64,000 bases of DNA from Octopus vulgaris (GCA_951406725.2 OX597815.1:198834001-198898000); one strand, 5' to 3'; positions 28,279-42,639 are shown, counted from the first letter of the stretch. Translations and numbers: made by a program. Notes: generated by a model from the sequence alone, not told the origin.

Positions 28279-28491
28279 AGGGAAGGTTTACGAAATAAAC
28301 AAAAAACGAAGGCAGGTTTACGAAAATAAACAAAAGACGAAGGCAGGTGGAGTACAAACAAGTAATGTATTAGTATGGCGCTCAGGAATAGAAACAAAAC
28401 AAGTCTTTTACGTTTCGAGCCAACGCTCTTCGACAGAAAGATACACAGAAAATAAACAAGGAGAGAAACAAATTGCGTGTAGGGGCTAACG

Positions 28492-28498
<7 letters not shown>
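28279..28498 (-). mobile_element. Solo PLE-type terminal repeat between (TA)n tracts, with hammerhead motif at 28404-28441
   Basis: Minus tcttt-CTGTCGA-A-gagc(gttg)gctc-GAAA-CG-TA-aaaga. Confidence 0.7.
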
Positions 28499-28546
<48 letters not shown>

Positions 28547-28594
28547 TTCTATTTATGAATATATGTATGTATGTAAACATGCATATACACACAT

Positions 28595-28645
<51 letters not shown>

Positions 28646-29385
28646 CATGCATATATATGAGTGTGTGTTTGGGTGTTGTGTGTGTGTATCTGTGTGTGTA
28701 TGAGTGTGTGTGTGTGTGTGTGTGTCTGTATGTGTGTGTGTGAGTGTGTATATATGCACACAGGATTTTCACGTGTGTATAAAACATGGTGTAAACACTG
28801 ACAACGACCTTGGAACATTGAAGAAATAAATCATCTACATACACGAACAGATATGAATGTGTGTATATGTATACAGCCATATTCATACATACACATGCAC
28901 ACACACACGCACACACTCGCGCATACACACAAACACTGGTCAGTATATACATATATATAAATTACAATATGATATTAAGTAAAAACTTTCTAATATACAA
29001 AGTAATTGGAACGTGCATCTGGGGGCGTTTGCAAAATGTTTTGGGAGAAATGACATTTGCCTGAATTCCAGAATGTTCGATATTTAATGAGTTGTTTATT
29101 GTGAAACGTCTATAACCGTTAGACGAGAGATATTTCACTTTACCAGTTTAGTTTGATTCTAAACTCACTGGTAATCAAACCATTAATATTTCTATGTGCT
29201 TACAAGTGGTATGTTGATGGTGAAATTTAAGATTCAGTTTGGCAGCCTATGAAATTTTGGAGTCGAAAATGTTTAGTAAAAATTTGAATAATGAGTTCAA
29301 ATTACCTTATGTTGCAGACAAGTCAATTCTATATTTGTATATATATATATATATATGTATGTATGTACATACATATATGTGTGGT

Positions 29386-29436
<51 letters not shown>

Positions 29437-29462
29437 ATATATTTTCATACATACATATATAT

Positions 29463-29535
29463 GTGACCGCGTGTGTAGCGTTGTTGATTTTCTTTCTCCG
29501 TCTTCCCTTCTTTTTCTATATTTCTGATGAAGAGC
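29463..29535 (+). mobile_element. Truncated copy of the 49385-49590 hammerhead repeat
   Basis: gtgaccgcgtgtgta..gtcttcccttct..tttCTGATGAagagc, ending inside stem II. Confidence 0.65.
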
Positions 29536-29540
29536 CCGTC

Positions 29541-29605
<65 letters not shown>

Positions 29606-29609
<4 letters not shown>

Positions 29610-29828
29610 AATCCCTCGACTATCGAGGGTGTTACGTTCAAAACCCTCCCGCGACAGGTGAAAATCCACGAAGTAGAAAACGTACTGTACTGTATATATT
29701 TTTGTTTCTGTAATTTGTATACGTTTATTTTATTATAAATGCAAAAGAACACCACAGAGGAATCGACGTGACGTAAACATCAATGATAAACCGCGAAAGG
29801 TGAACCGTGATATGGCGAGGAATTAGTG
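29606..29828. mobile_element. pogo/Tigger-like MITE
   Basis: Imperfect TIRs caataatccctcgactatcg / cgtgatatggcgaggaattagtg, starting right after a TA repeat. Confidence 0.65.
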
Positions 29829-29849
29829 CATGTATGTATATATTTGATT

Positions 29850-30050
29850 GTCTGTGTTTGTCCCTACTCGCAACCATCGCTTGACAACCGATGTTGGTGT
29901 GTTTACGTCCCCTTGGCGGTTCGGCAATAGAGACCTATAGAATAAGTACTAGGCTTACAAAGAATAAGTCCTGGGGTCGATTTCATCGATTAATGGCGGT
30001 GCTCCAGCATGGCTGCAGTCAAATGACTGACACAAGTAAAAGAATAACAG
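29850..30050 (+). mobile_element. SINE family 1, 3' half
   Basis: cgcttgacaaccgatg..cagtcaaatgactga. Confidence 0.88.
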
Positions 30051-30679
30051 AATGTATGTATAAACGCGCGCGACCGTGTCCGCATCGTGTATTATACGCA
30101 GTATGCATTTTCACAGTTTCTCTCTACCAAATTCCACTCACAGGATATTGAAGGGCTTGGGGTGTGAATCAAACATTAACCACAGAGCCATGAATACTTT
30201 TGTGAATTACGCTCGATTAAAATGAATTAAAGTGTACCCTGTTAGGTTCACGTGTGTTTTATTATTGCACTTTATTATTGCGTGTGTGTTTGTGTATATA
30301 TGTATCTGGGTGTACATGCGAGTGCATGATGCTGATTCAGTTAGTTCCTATCCTCACAGTTGAAATTTTTACAATTTTAATCTGTAAGGTTAGTAAATCT
30401 GATCAATGAATTAATACAGGAAACATTGACGCCAGCCAAAGAGAGGCAGGTTGTTATCTACCTTTTCACATCTCTGTTTCGTTTGTTTCGCTGTTGATGC
30501 CATATCACGATTTTCTACTGTATTCCGTATCTTTTGGTTTTGTTTCTCTTTAATGCATTTTTGCATCACCTGCTATCTTTGTTGATGCTTGTCTTATCTC
30601 AAGATGTATTCGATGCTTACCTAACCAAATATTTTATATATATATTGGTAGGTGTATAGATTTTTTTATTTATGTACGT

Positions 30680-31570
30680 AATCTGTTTAAATATGAATCT
30701 CTATTCTCGCTCATGCCCGATATGCAACAAAAGCAACTCAAAAATATATTATCAGCTGATTTCAGCACTTTGCAAAAATATTAAGCCAAATATCATGTGA
30801 TAAGTTACCCCTGATGTATAAATAAAGAATATCCCTAGCGAGTCACAGGTGCAATAAGTTGCATCACAAATCTAACACCAAAACAGTGATATTTGTAGAA
30901 AAAATGTTGACACCATAATGATGAGTAATTTTGAAGAGTCGTTCAACAAAATAAACAAATAAATTTTATATCAAGAAAATGAATCTAACTTCAAGAGAAA
31001 CGAACTGAAAATGTTTAACAAAAGCAGTTATCTTCAGGACAAAAACAACGTTTCGAGCTGGTAATATGGAAACTCAATTTTCTACATCGGCATGACAGAA
31101 AGCAATTTTACAAACAGATTTCTCAACCATGGATCCACCAATAGGAAAGAGGAAAATATAATTCTTATAGTCTTATGCAGTCATGAATGAACTGATGGGA
31201 TTTACTCATTTTGTTTTTGACTGTTAATCACTAAACACATCACACGTTGTATGTTTTTATACAAAGAGAATTAAACAAGGCACTATAGAGAAAGTTCATC
31301 TAATAACAAAACAAACCAATATCCTAAACAAAAGAATTGAAACAATATCGAAATTTCATAAAAGTGATTTTTACCAGACCAATTACAACGCCAAAATAGA
31401 ACTTTTAATGTGTATATTGGATGTAAACAAAACAGCCAAGTGGAAGCTTAGAATGAGCTGTCCCGTGGCACTGGAGGCCAACAACAATTCTGTAGGCGGT
31501 TCAAAAGTTCTCGGCTGGAATGTCGTCTGATGACTGCTTCGCCTTCGCAAAATTTCAACGAACAGAAAAA
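30680..31570 (+). pseudogene. Degenerate Penelope-like element 3' end (GIY-YIG domain + decayed hammerhead)
   Basis: Frameshifted remnants KAVIF..YIGMTESNFTNRFLNH (~31020-31130) and ILNKRIETISKFH (~31320-31358), then tcgt-CTGATGA..acga at 31523-31561. Confidence 0.7.
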
Positions 31571-31761
31571 CAACATGTTATGTCAATAATATATTTAATC
31601 TGTTAAACGTATTAAATATTCTTTAGTTTATATATTCTTACTTCAAAATAAAACTGCAATATATACACAAACATCTAACTATCAGACAATATATATATAT
31701 GAAGAGAGAGAGAGAGAGAGAGAAAGACATGCAGACATATAAATGGAGAGACAGATAGATA

Positions 31762-32005
31762 ACTTTCTTTATTGGCCACACAGGGCTGAACACAGAGGGG
31801 ACAAATACAAATGTAGAGATTTTCTTTTCGAAGATGGAAAAAGAAAAAGAAAAAAAGAGAAAACAGGTGATTAAAAGGGATCGTGTATCACAGAAAGATT
31901 TTTTTTAAGTAAGAAACAAAATTAGGTTCATCTGTGGAAAGAAAAGCCTACAGAAAAGACCATGGTAACCTCAGGCAGAGAGGAAATAAACACATGAGAG
32001 TGAAG
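31762..32005 (-). mobile_element. Probable LINE 3' UTR sharing its tail with SINE family 2
   Basis: Minus end tttgtcccctctgtgttcagccctgtgtggccaataaagaaag matches SINE2 tail A. The upstream sequence is not SINE. Confidence 0.6.
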
Positions 32006-32042
32006 TGCTCTCTCTCTCTCTCTCTCTTACGATTTACATGAT

Positions 32043-32103
<61 letters not shown>

Positions 32104-34104
32104 CTACATATAACATCTAGCTTTGCAGTACGTTTTTGCATGCTTGTCTCTCTCTCCTTACGTGTACGGAATTCAGACTTTTGTGTGTCCTGTTGGATGT
32201 TTACGAGCATCATCGCCACACAGTCACTACTACATCCACGCATAACACCTGCAAAACTAACTTTCCATACGATGAGAAAATTATCGGTTCCTCATCTGGG
32301 AATTGAGCTGCATTAATTTATAACTCCTGATCGCTCCATTTATCATTATTATTTTTCCCCAAACGCTTGTGTCAATACTTCTTAATCGGCTAGGAGTTTA
32401 TAACTTCATATCTTTTTCTCATGTTCCCGGCTGTCATATTTATTTCTCTTAATATTTTTGCTTTTTCCTCGTATTGTTTTTGTGTTTTGTGTGTGTAAAT
32501 GTAAGGAGGATTCGTATTTGTTTTTCTTCTGTCTTCATTCAATATATAACCGAATACTTATTTGAAATCCTTCAATCTAATTAAATCTAATACAACTGAG
32601 TAGTATTTCAAGGAAACGTTTCGTTATTTGCTAGTAGTGTCTGAATTTCAAATCTGATGAGCGATTCACATTCGCTATATATATATAAAGAAAATATAAC
32701 TAAATGAAATTATATTGAAACTTAATATATAAATTTTAAGTTGTTTTTCTTTTTAAAATTATGTTTTTAAATTCGATAGATATAATTTCATTTGGAGCGC
32801 AGATAGCATTTAAATTGGATAAAGTCTATTTCATATATTTATATAAATTAAATAAATATACAAGCCTGATACTCGACATATTATATATAAATCACCGCTA
32901 TGTTTGTTTCAATATTCGGATAACAAGATTGATCGTACTTATTTTGATTTTGCCGAGAGGAAGTCTGAGCTGGTGATTTGGTTTAACTTAGAGATAGCTT
33001 TTCTGAAAATACTTTTTTCCGATAACAAAGTCAGTTTGCTGATGGTGTTTTCTAAATGGCTTTTATTCTTTGATTCTTTTTGTCAGATATTTCTTGACTA
33101 GTGACAGAGGAGAAGAAAAGTTATCTCCAAACCAGAAACCTCACTTAAGTGAACTCTGGCTATGTTATCCAATATATCAGGGGGCGTTGCTTAATTGGAC
33201 ATTGAATTAAGTCTACGACCCCAGAAAGCATTTGGTGGGTTTTGAACTCAAAAGACAAGATCTGTGAAAGGTAACGTAAGGCGTCTCGTCTGACTTTCTC
33301 ACAGCTCCAAGAATCCCCTGCTTCAGAATTGTAATTTTAACCGATCCGATAAGATGTGAACATCTTTTAAGAAACTTAAGATTTTCAAGACTACCTCGTT
33401 TAGTTAAATGGAAACCATCCAAGTAAACTTTTACAGAAACACGGTGATAATATAAGTAACAAGTTGTCACGAAGAAGTCTCATATGGCCTACTGGAAATA
33501 GCAGCCAAATATCCCCCTAACTTCGTGCTACTATCTTAAAAATGGACGAATGTACTGGAAAACGCAGTGACAGTCCTGGATATAACACCAACAATTATTC
33601 TGGAATGGTCTAATCTAGAGCGCTTGTTGGACTGAACAGCAACAACATCAGAGCACTTGATTTCTCCTCCTTCATATTGTATGTTATTGCTACGTTATTT
33701 AAATACACAAAATAGTATTAACATGACAGCTCTGTTACATTCATATATCCAAGACAACCGAGAATATCCACAAGCACACACAGACTGAATGACATCTCCA
33801 GTCAAGTATACACAAGCATTACAGGCCAGTTATAAACATAGGGTGTATTTAACGCACTATTGTCCGAACACGGCCACTGAGGAAAAAATTGCAAAAATGG
33901 AGATGGTAATTAGGATTATAGAGGAGGGTGATTTAACGCGTGCCAGGCATGGAGTGTATATTCATAGACATACAAAATTACAAAAAATTAAAGGCAAGCT
34001 TTGTCGATGATGTGAACCCACTATGTCGGGAAGCAAGATACGATTGTCTACCACATGTGAAAGAATTTGAACAATTGAGACCATATTTTATATACTTAGA
34101 TTAA

Positions 34105-34308
34105 GGCGGCGAGCTGGCAGAAATGTTAGCACGCCAGGTGAAATGCGTAGCTGTATTTAGTCTGCCGTTACGTTCTGAGTTCAAATTCCGCCGAGGTCGA
34201 TAAATTAAGAACCAGTTATGCAATGGGGGCGATATAATCGACTTAATCCGTTTGTCTGTCCTTGTTTGTTCTATTTGTGTTTAGCCCCTTGTGGGTAGTA
34301 AAGAAATA
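34105..34308 (+). mobile_element. SINE family 2 copy (internal deletion between ggtcga repeats)
   Basis: Head and tail intact, with an imperfect TSD tattttatata. Confidence 0.9.
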
Positions 34309-35406
34309 TATTTTATATATTAAGATATGCTAAAGTGATAAATGTTGGTATAAGAAAGAGGAAAAAAATATAGATAAAATGATACTACTCGAAAGTGGGG
34401 GTCCGAGTAGCCATTATACCTTTATCCATTATTTTATTCTATTTCATTCATTCGTTTTTTTTAATGTCTCCACTTGTACTGTATTGTCTGTCATAGTTCG
34501 TCCCCTCTAAGTTGACCCCTAGTGATAATAAAAAATTAACGTCTGTTACATTCATTCAGTCCTTCATATGGTAAATAGTTGAATTTCTTTCAAAGACAAA
34601 AAAGAAAAAAAGAAAATTATGAAACAAAGAGATATCTTTTAAGCTCTCAGTATCTGTAAAACTTAGTAAATATTTCAGTAAAACATATATGAATGTAGTA
34701 TAACATTCATTGAATACAATGTAAAATATAACAACTATAAGGTTTTCTTAAAGTGGTACAAAGTGACAAAATCCCTAAAATGGACAATTGAACTGAATAC
34801 AGTATAAGCTTGGTAAGACGGCTAATTGGTACAAAGTTTTAATGGGTGGTTCGAATCCTACGTGGTATTCTGTTTTTCTGCGCTATAAGTTTGAGACTCA
34901 CCGAGATCGACTTTCATTCTCTTGAGAGTCGACAAATAAATGTCTAGTCCAGGCCAGTGCACTGACGGAATTGCCACAGCGTTTGATTGGATATCTCAGG
35001 CTACTGATCGATTCATCAATTTCTAACAGCAACGAGGGTAACGACAGTGATATTAAGCTGTATTGGCATTTGCTGTTCTTTTGTCGATATCGACGAATCA
35101 GAAAGAAAACGAAACTTGCCTGCATGGCCTTTACAAGTCTTCCACAAAAAATAAACCTTGATCATGCCTGCAACTTGGAGAGAACTATTGCAGGTGATTA
35201 TCTAGAGCGCCATGAAGCATACAGAAGATTCACATATGCATGGCTCTTATTTTATCATTTTCTTTTAGGCGACGAATTGGCACAATTGTTAACACGCCTG
35301 TCAAAAATGCTTGGCAGCATTTTCCCTGGGTCTTTACGTTCTGGGTTCAAATTTCACCGTGGTCGACTTTGCTTTTTATCTTTTCATAGTCGATAAAATA
35401 AGTATC

Positions 35407-35669
35407 GTGGAGGCGCGTGGCTTAGTGGTTAGGGTCTCAGTATCATGATCGTAAGGTTGTGGTTTCTATCCCTGGATCGGGTGACGCGTTATGTTCTTGA
35501 GCAAAACACTTCATTTCACGTTGCTCCAGTCCACTCATCTGTCAAAAATGAGTAACGCTGCGATGGACTGGCGTCCTGTCCAGCTGTGGAACATATACGC
35601 CATAGAAACCGGGAAACCGGGCCCATGAACCTGGCTAGGCTTTAAAAGGGCGCATTTATTTTTTATTTT
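35407..35669 (+). mobile_element. tRNA-derived SINE with V-domain-like segment, nested in an old SINE family 2 copy (~35268-35750)
   Basis: Head ggaggcgcgtggcttagtggttagg, internal gcgatggactggcgtcctgtccag, 13-bp TSD taaaataagtatc (35394-35406 / 35670-35682). Confidence 0.85.
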
Positions 35670-37559
35670 TAAAATAAGTATCAGTTGAACACGGGATTCG
35701 ATAAAATCGACTTACTTCCACACCTGAAATTACTGGTTTTATGTCAAAATTTCATCGTCTTCTTAATGATGCCAGGTCGGCAGTATCGCCATAGCGTCAC
35801 TTAATGTTTTACCGCATTTGTCCTTGCTCTTTATGTACTGGGTTCAAATACCACCCAGATTAACACTGCCTTTCATCTTTTCGGGCTCGATCAAATAAAA
35901 TTCCAGTTAACGAATGCTGCTAATTGCATCGACTTAAACTTTGTCCTCAAAATTGCTGGCCTTGTGTCTAAATCTGAAGCTATTTTTGTTGCATTTTTAA
36001 AGTGATGAATGACAAAGTCCAATGTGGAAGGACTTTAACAAACAAGGTCGCAAAACGAAACAAACGCAGAAAAAATTTGAATATTATGAAACAAGTGTAC
36101 ATCTTTAAAACTCTTAACGAATTATACGAATAAAAACTAGTAATCTTTGTGTAGAATACCCAAGAATGAAATCCATCATAGCATAGAGCACGCAGTGAAT
36201 GTCTGGCAATGTTTTTCGTTTTTTTTTAAATAATTTTTATGAACAAGTAAAACAATGACTTTAATTTTCCGCAGTGGATGTTGTTCAAAATATATATTAA
36301 GGCTTTATAAAATCCATGCTTATGTACGAGAACCATGAAAAGTAGGTTAATTATAGATCTCTTATATGCAAGTCCAATTAACAATTCCTGTTTCAGGCGC
36401 AATGCCAACGATATCTTCTTAGTTCAAATTCCGTTGTGATCAAATTTGCCCTTCATACTCTCGGTATTGATAGATAAATGTACCGGTTCTTGACTGCTAC
36501 TTGACTGATACTATTCAGTATAATCTTCTTTATGCCTCCCTACAAGATACAAGGCCTTGTGCTTATGTGAAAAATCAATAATTCGATGCTCTTTTCTCAG
36601 TTACATTGCCGTCTTTATTGCTCCTCGCCCATAGCAGTGCATGACACTAACTTTTTAGCAAATACTACTTCAGGTAATATCGGTTAATTTTAGGGTGCTC
36701 TTTATGAATAGGAAATCCATTTTGCTTCATCACGTCTACATTTTGACCTACAAGTTGAAAAGAAGAATTAAAACACAACAGTCAACAATGAACAGATCAA
36801 TTACCGATTTGAACAGATCAATTACCGATTTGATACTGCAAGTCACAATGACACCCGAAGCAAACATTTAAATCAAAGTGTTCTAATAAACTTGATCTGA
36901 TACGAGTTAATCTATTTTAACAGCTCGTTAAAGGTCATAACAAAAAGAACAATCAGTGTAATTCTCCAAAAACAAATTGGAACACTTGATGTTCTGCACG
37001 CTACATTACATTTCTGTATATTTGGTATCTAGTAGAGGAAAATCTGGATGTGATGAAGCAAAACTGGTTTTATATCTGGAAAAAGCACCCTGAAGTTAGC
37101 TAAAATTACTCTAATTATATCTTGCTAAAAGAAAGTTTTATTTCATTTTGTCATGCAGTGTAAATAAGACATTTTGTTTTACAAGATCCAGGCAACATAT
37201 TGTAGATAATTATAGTGTATTATGTAATCCTTTGTATATAATGGTTCATATTTTATGAAACACAGGTGGATGATAGGCGAGCTGACCTCAGCAGGAGTCT
37301 GGCTCGGGAATTTAATGAACAGGAAACTGAATTACATAATGCAGTTTTTTTGTGACATTAATGATTTTACTATCTATTGTGTGTTCGTTCGGGTTTTTTT
37401 TTTGGTTTTTTTTTTTTTTGTTTCCTTGCTTGCCCCCAAAAGAAACTGTGATTCAAAGTCAGCTCGCTGTATTTGATTTCATAATGATAAATTCCTCTTT
37501 CTTACCTGTTTGACAACCCTTCTTCATAGTGTCTGACAAATTGCCATGAAGTATTTCAG

Positions 37560-38100
37560 ATCCTGTGATTTCAGATCCCACCTGAGATGACTTAGACTTT
37601 CACCCTTGCCAGTCGCTAAAATAAAGTCCCTGTCATGTAGTGATATAAGTATAATTGACTGTTTTCTCCACCCAAATTTTTTGTACATTTATTATAAATT
37701 ATTATTAAACTATTATTATGCACAGCAGAATTACTTCCGACGCTTTACGTTGAGGCCAACTTTGGCTGTCACCCTTTCGAGGTTGATAAAATAAAGCACC
37801 AGTCAAGGACAGGAGTTGACGTAAACGACTGCTCCCTACAACCCAAATTTTAGGCCTTGCGCCTATAGTAGAAAGGAATATTCTTATAATTAAAGCTGTG
37901 AATTGACAGATACTGCAGAACATTCGAACAAAATGATTAGCGTTATTTCTTCTTAGTCATTACAAATTTGAGTTCAGATTCTGCTAGGACCAACCTTGCT
38001 TCTAACCCTTTCGTGATCTATAAATGAGTACCAGTTGAGCGCTGGAGTTGATATAGTTCACAAACCAACTCTCCCTTAAACTATTGGCCCCTGTACCAAT
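37560..38100 (+). mobile_element. Cluster of old degenerate SINE family 2 (tail B) copies
   Basis: Repeated ttca(g/a)at..ccctttcg..gataaa..accagt modules with ggccttgcgcctatagtagaaagg-type tails. Confidence 0.6.
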
Positions 38101-38467
38101 ATCTGATTAGCATAGTTCCACATTTTTTGAAGAGTACGGATTGACAACTAATATCATTGATTGGTACTTTATTTCATCGAACTCGGGAAGCATAAAAATA
38201 AAACTTGACCCTGGTGGGATTCGCACCCATGTCCCAATGAGCTGTAACTAGATACTGCAAGGCATTTTGTCATTCTCATTTCTTTATTTGGCACCACGGC
38301 CACAACACAGAGGGGGACACTACAAGGACAGACACAACACCACAATGGGGACATAAAACATAAAACGAATGAGAATGAAATGTTATATAAAAATGAAGAA
38401 ATGAAATGGCTGCATGGACCCCATTCCCATGCAGTACCATTTGAACGTTTATACACACTATTTACAA

Positions 38468-38698
38468 GGCGGCGAGCTGGCAGAAACGTTAGCACGCCGG
38501 GCGAAATGCTTAGCAGTATTTCGTCTGCCGTTACGTTCTAAGTTCAAATTCCGCCGAGGTCCACTTTGCCTTTCATCCATTCGGGGTCGATAAATTAAGT
38601 ACCAGTTACATACTGGGGTCGATGTAATCGACTTAATCCCTTTGTCTGCCCTTGTTTGTCCCCTCTGTGTTTAGCCCCTTGTGGGTAGTAAAGCAATA
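38468..38698 (+). mobile_element. SINE family 2, full length with TSD
   Basis: 18-bp TSD tatacacactatttacaa (38450-38467 / 38699-38716). Confidence 0.95.
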
Positions 38699-39474
38699 TA
38701 TACACACTATTTACAATCGTTCTATTTTTCTATTGTTTTTTTCTTAATCATCTTTTTTTTTTACTTTTCCCTTTTTTCTTTCAACAAAACAATTTTACTT
38801 ACTCTTTTTTTTTCCCCTTTTTAATACCTCATGAAGGTCTCCAAGTCTCTGAGTTCAACTACGGGTGGCTGCTCATCGAACTCCACCAAAACTCCGGGCG
38901 GGTCAATTTTGTCTCCGCACATGTCTCTCAGTCTCTTCTATGTGTCTTTGTCGACCACAATGGCCTTCACATTTTCCGCATACATATCCGGAGGTAACCT
39001 CACTCTTATGATATGCTTAAATTTTACAATTTTTCTTTCCGTCTCTTTGTTTTTTTGCATAATAATTTGTCATTCTCACTACGAATAAAACCATATTCAG
39101 ACGAATGTATATGAAACGGCACGAAGTAGATTGTGATGCTACATGAGCTGGTGGCGAATGTTCACGTGTAAAGAATGGGTGTGTAGCGAGATATTCGAAA
39201 CACACAATTCATCTAGACTATTTTGACACATACCTACATTGATTGTTGCCATTTCACTTACGCAAAAGATGAATGAAATTACAACTATCCTTCGATCATA
39301 TAGTTGTTTGATCGACTTTTCCTACAATTAATTACTAGTGGCACTCGTGAAGAATGTACTATTTTAAAAAAATTATTTTCATGCACCAGGTTAAAGGTTT
39401 CCCTAGTTTTATTTCTTTATTCTAAAGAAAGTGTACCCACTCTGTTTGTAAGGATTGCACCAATCAGTCTATTT

Positions 39475-39900
39475 GTTAAAACTAGAGTTTTCAAAGCCCC
39501 TGTGGAACCAATCCTTCTCTATAGCTCAGTCATGAATCCTAACATCTGCTCTGACAAGGAAGTTAGGGGTTACTACATCCGTTCCTCGCGTACTGCTCTT
39601 AATATCTCTTGGCAGTCGCACTCAATTAGCAAGATCCTATGTAGGCGTCTTCCGAAGACTTCAGTTGTCATAAGAAAGTATCGTCCAGCTCTTGCTAGTC
39701 ATGTAATGAGACACAATGAAGCTGCTGCGAGTGTTCTGTTATGGTCCCCCTTTGTCACTCGTAGACGTGGCCACCCGAACCTGACCCTCAAGAAAATCAT
39801 TGAAGAAGACGTTGGACTATATGGTAGTGTCTTTATGAACGCAGTGCAAGAGGGCGATGCATGGAGGAACCTTACAATGTAACCAATTCATGCTGGATGA
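39475..39900 (+). pseudogene. Degenerate RTE-clade LINE 3' fragment
   Basis: KTRVFKAPVEPILLYS..LNISWQSH..LASHVMRH..VLLWSP..RRRGHP..AWR, homologous to 47094-47567. Confidence 0.85.
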
Positions 39901-41596
39901 TTAAAATATCTTCAAGATTTAAATCATGTCTTCGATTTCGTTCCGTAATCAACGTTGTTTGATTTGTCCCGGTTACGCCTGGGACAAAATTATCTTTTTC
40001 TTTCTATTTCATAAAGTTAAATTTCAGAAGAGATTCAAATCAACCAGAAAACAAGTTTTGAAAGATTTGGCAGATCCCAGCCCCTGAAAATTCACAAAGT
40101 TTTCAGAAAATGCGTCTTCAGGCATTGCTTAAATAGAATACTCCTACAAATCCGTATAAAAATATTTCTTTTCCGGAAGGATCACCTCACTACCTACAGG
40201 CGTCAAGATTTTCCTAATGAAGAAAAGATACTCAGAGTATATCTAAAAATCACATTAAGTTGCAAAAAAACACAAAAAATGACTTAAATTGCATTTGCGT
40301 ATAATCAACCTGTTTAACACTGATTCTCGCGCAAACCATTCAAATCCTCGAATGAGACAAGGCTTATAAGAACCCCCGGTTGAGTAGCACAAATTTGAAA
40401 AGGGATGCTTCAATACGCCAATGAATAATACAGGTTATTATTTTTCACAGTTTATTATTTTCCCCATCAACACGATAGCATAATAAATGCGGATGGGTTT
40501 ACTTGCTTTCTTTGGCAATCCTTTACTTCCAGCTGCTGGCTGGGTGATATTTTATCAACTATAAATTAATTAAAAGGAAATGTCAACCTTGTGGGGATTT
40601 GAACTCTATATATAAATTAATAATAACCAAATAGCAAACGGCATTTTCACGATATTCTACCAGTTCTGTCATAATAAATACGAGTAGGAAGGCAAACGGA
40701 TGAAGAACAAGCAGACGAACAACAACATATAATATATATGTATATATATATATATATACATACATACATACATATATATATATATACATACATACATATA
40801 TCTATATATATATATATATACATATGCACACAAGAATACATATACACTCATATACACACATATATGTCTAATGTATGTATACATGATTTACTATTTTCAT
40901 GCAAGCGGTTAAACTTAAAAATAGATAGCGTCTAACTGCTTTGTTACGCGGTTTTTCCCCGTCTTCCATCTTCTCCTTCCATCTCCCCCGCTCTTATATT
41001 CACATGTAACAATATTGATTAAGCAAAACTACCCATTGATCTTTTACTGTAGCTAACCGATTATGTCTGCGGCATGTCATCGATCCATCTACTCTACACG
41101 CTTGAAAATATATGCCAATCAATTCTTCAGGAAGAAATATGCCTAAAATACAACTGATTTCGCCTATTTAGCTATCCATGCGTATATCGACGTTTCTGGA
41201 TGGAAGTGATGTTAGTGGAGGGGTATTTACAGGCTTCTATATATAATGTTTTGTATGAGTGCGACGTTGAATATGTGTATGTGTGTATGTGTGATGTTGA
41301 ATGTGTATATATGATTGTGTCGGTGAATATTCGTGTGTTTGACGGGGAATATGTTTGTGACGTTTTGAGATATGACGATGCATATTTGTAATGAGTATTC
41401 TCTGTAGATTTCTATGCGTTTCGGTTTTCACTTACAAGACGTAAACACATATGAATATATATTTCCGTACTTGGTTACGCTTTATCAATATGCCACCGAT
41501 AGATGTGTGGGTGTGAGAGTGATTGTGTGTGTCTATGTGTATCTCTATCTAGCTATGTGTGTGTGTGTGTGTGTGTGTGTGTCTCTCTCTCTCGCT

Positions 41597-42010
41597 TTTT
41601 CTCTTTTCTCTTTTACTTGTTTCAGTCATCTGACGGTGGCCATGCTGGAGCACCGCCTTTTTTAGTCGAGCAAATCGCCCCCAGGACTTATTCTTTGTAA
41701 GCCTAGTACTTATCCTATCGGTCTCATTTGCCGAAACGCTAAGTAACGGGGACGTAAACACACCAGCATCGGTTGTCAAGCGATGTTGGGGAGACAAACA
41801 CAGACACACAAACGCACACACATACATATATATACATATATATATATATACGAAGGGCTTCTTTCAGTTTCCGTCTACCAAATCCACTCACAACGCTTTG
41901 GTCGGCCCGAGGCTATAGTAGAAGACAGCTGCCCAAGGTGCCACGCAGTGGGACTGAACCCGGAACTGTGTGGTTGGTAAGCAAGCTACTTACCACACAG
42001 CCACTCCTGT
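41597..42010 (-). mobile_element. SINE family 1 copy
   Basis: Full match to the family. Confidence 0.92.
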
Positions 42011-42639
42011 TTGTGAATATCCTTATTTATGCATACTGTGCAGATATATATGAACAAAAATGCATTGTCCATGTTGGAAGATACTTCATTTCATATATTT
42101 TACAGCTTTTAATAACCCTCGAGTCACGGAGGACGGACAAATCACAGAAAAAGCAGTTTCAGTGGTCTGCTCCGTCAGGTTAGTGAATGGTATACACATA
42201 ATAGTGCGACTTGCTCTAACAGGTAAACTACATTGCATCATCATACCTCTTTGTATTCAACTAGGTTCAAAGATCCTGGGGATATAATGGAAAATTACTC
42301 CTCGGTTCTGTATAAAATCATGACAATCACATCATTTTCGTTGATTGTAACGTCAGGATCAGACCAGTCTGCAAAACATGGGCGGCTTTCATTGGAAGCT
42401 ATGGAATCATATAGTTGAAATGTAGTACAAGAGTAGTAGCATTTAGTTGCTCAGTGTATAGAATAGAACACAACCTGTTTATTTTAGTATTGTTACCTCC
42501 TTCCCAACATAAGATACTATGGATGTATACCTAATCTAAACGAATACAAACAGGGAGGGCCGTTAAAGCTGGACTCCTGAGTCATCTTCGTAGTCATTAA
42601 ACGAGACAGATGAGTGGCAGTCTGGCCACTTGTGGTGGT

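Noticed and set aside
36790-36831. Perfect 21-bp tandem duplication gaacagatcaattaccgattt
   Set aside because: Ordinary slippage duplication with no further structure.
39963-40450. Possible old Helitron (hairpin gtcccggttacgcctgggac)
   Set aside because: No recognisable CTAG/TC termini and no second copy in the window.
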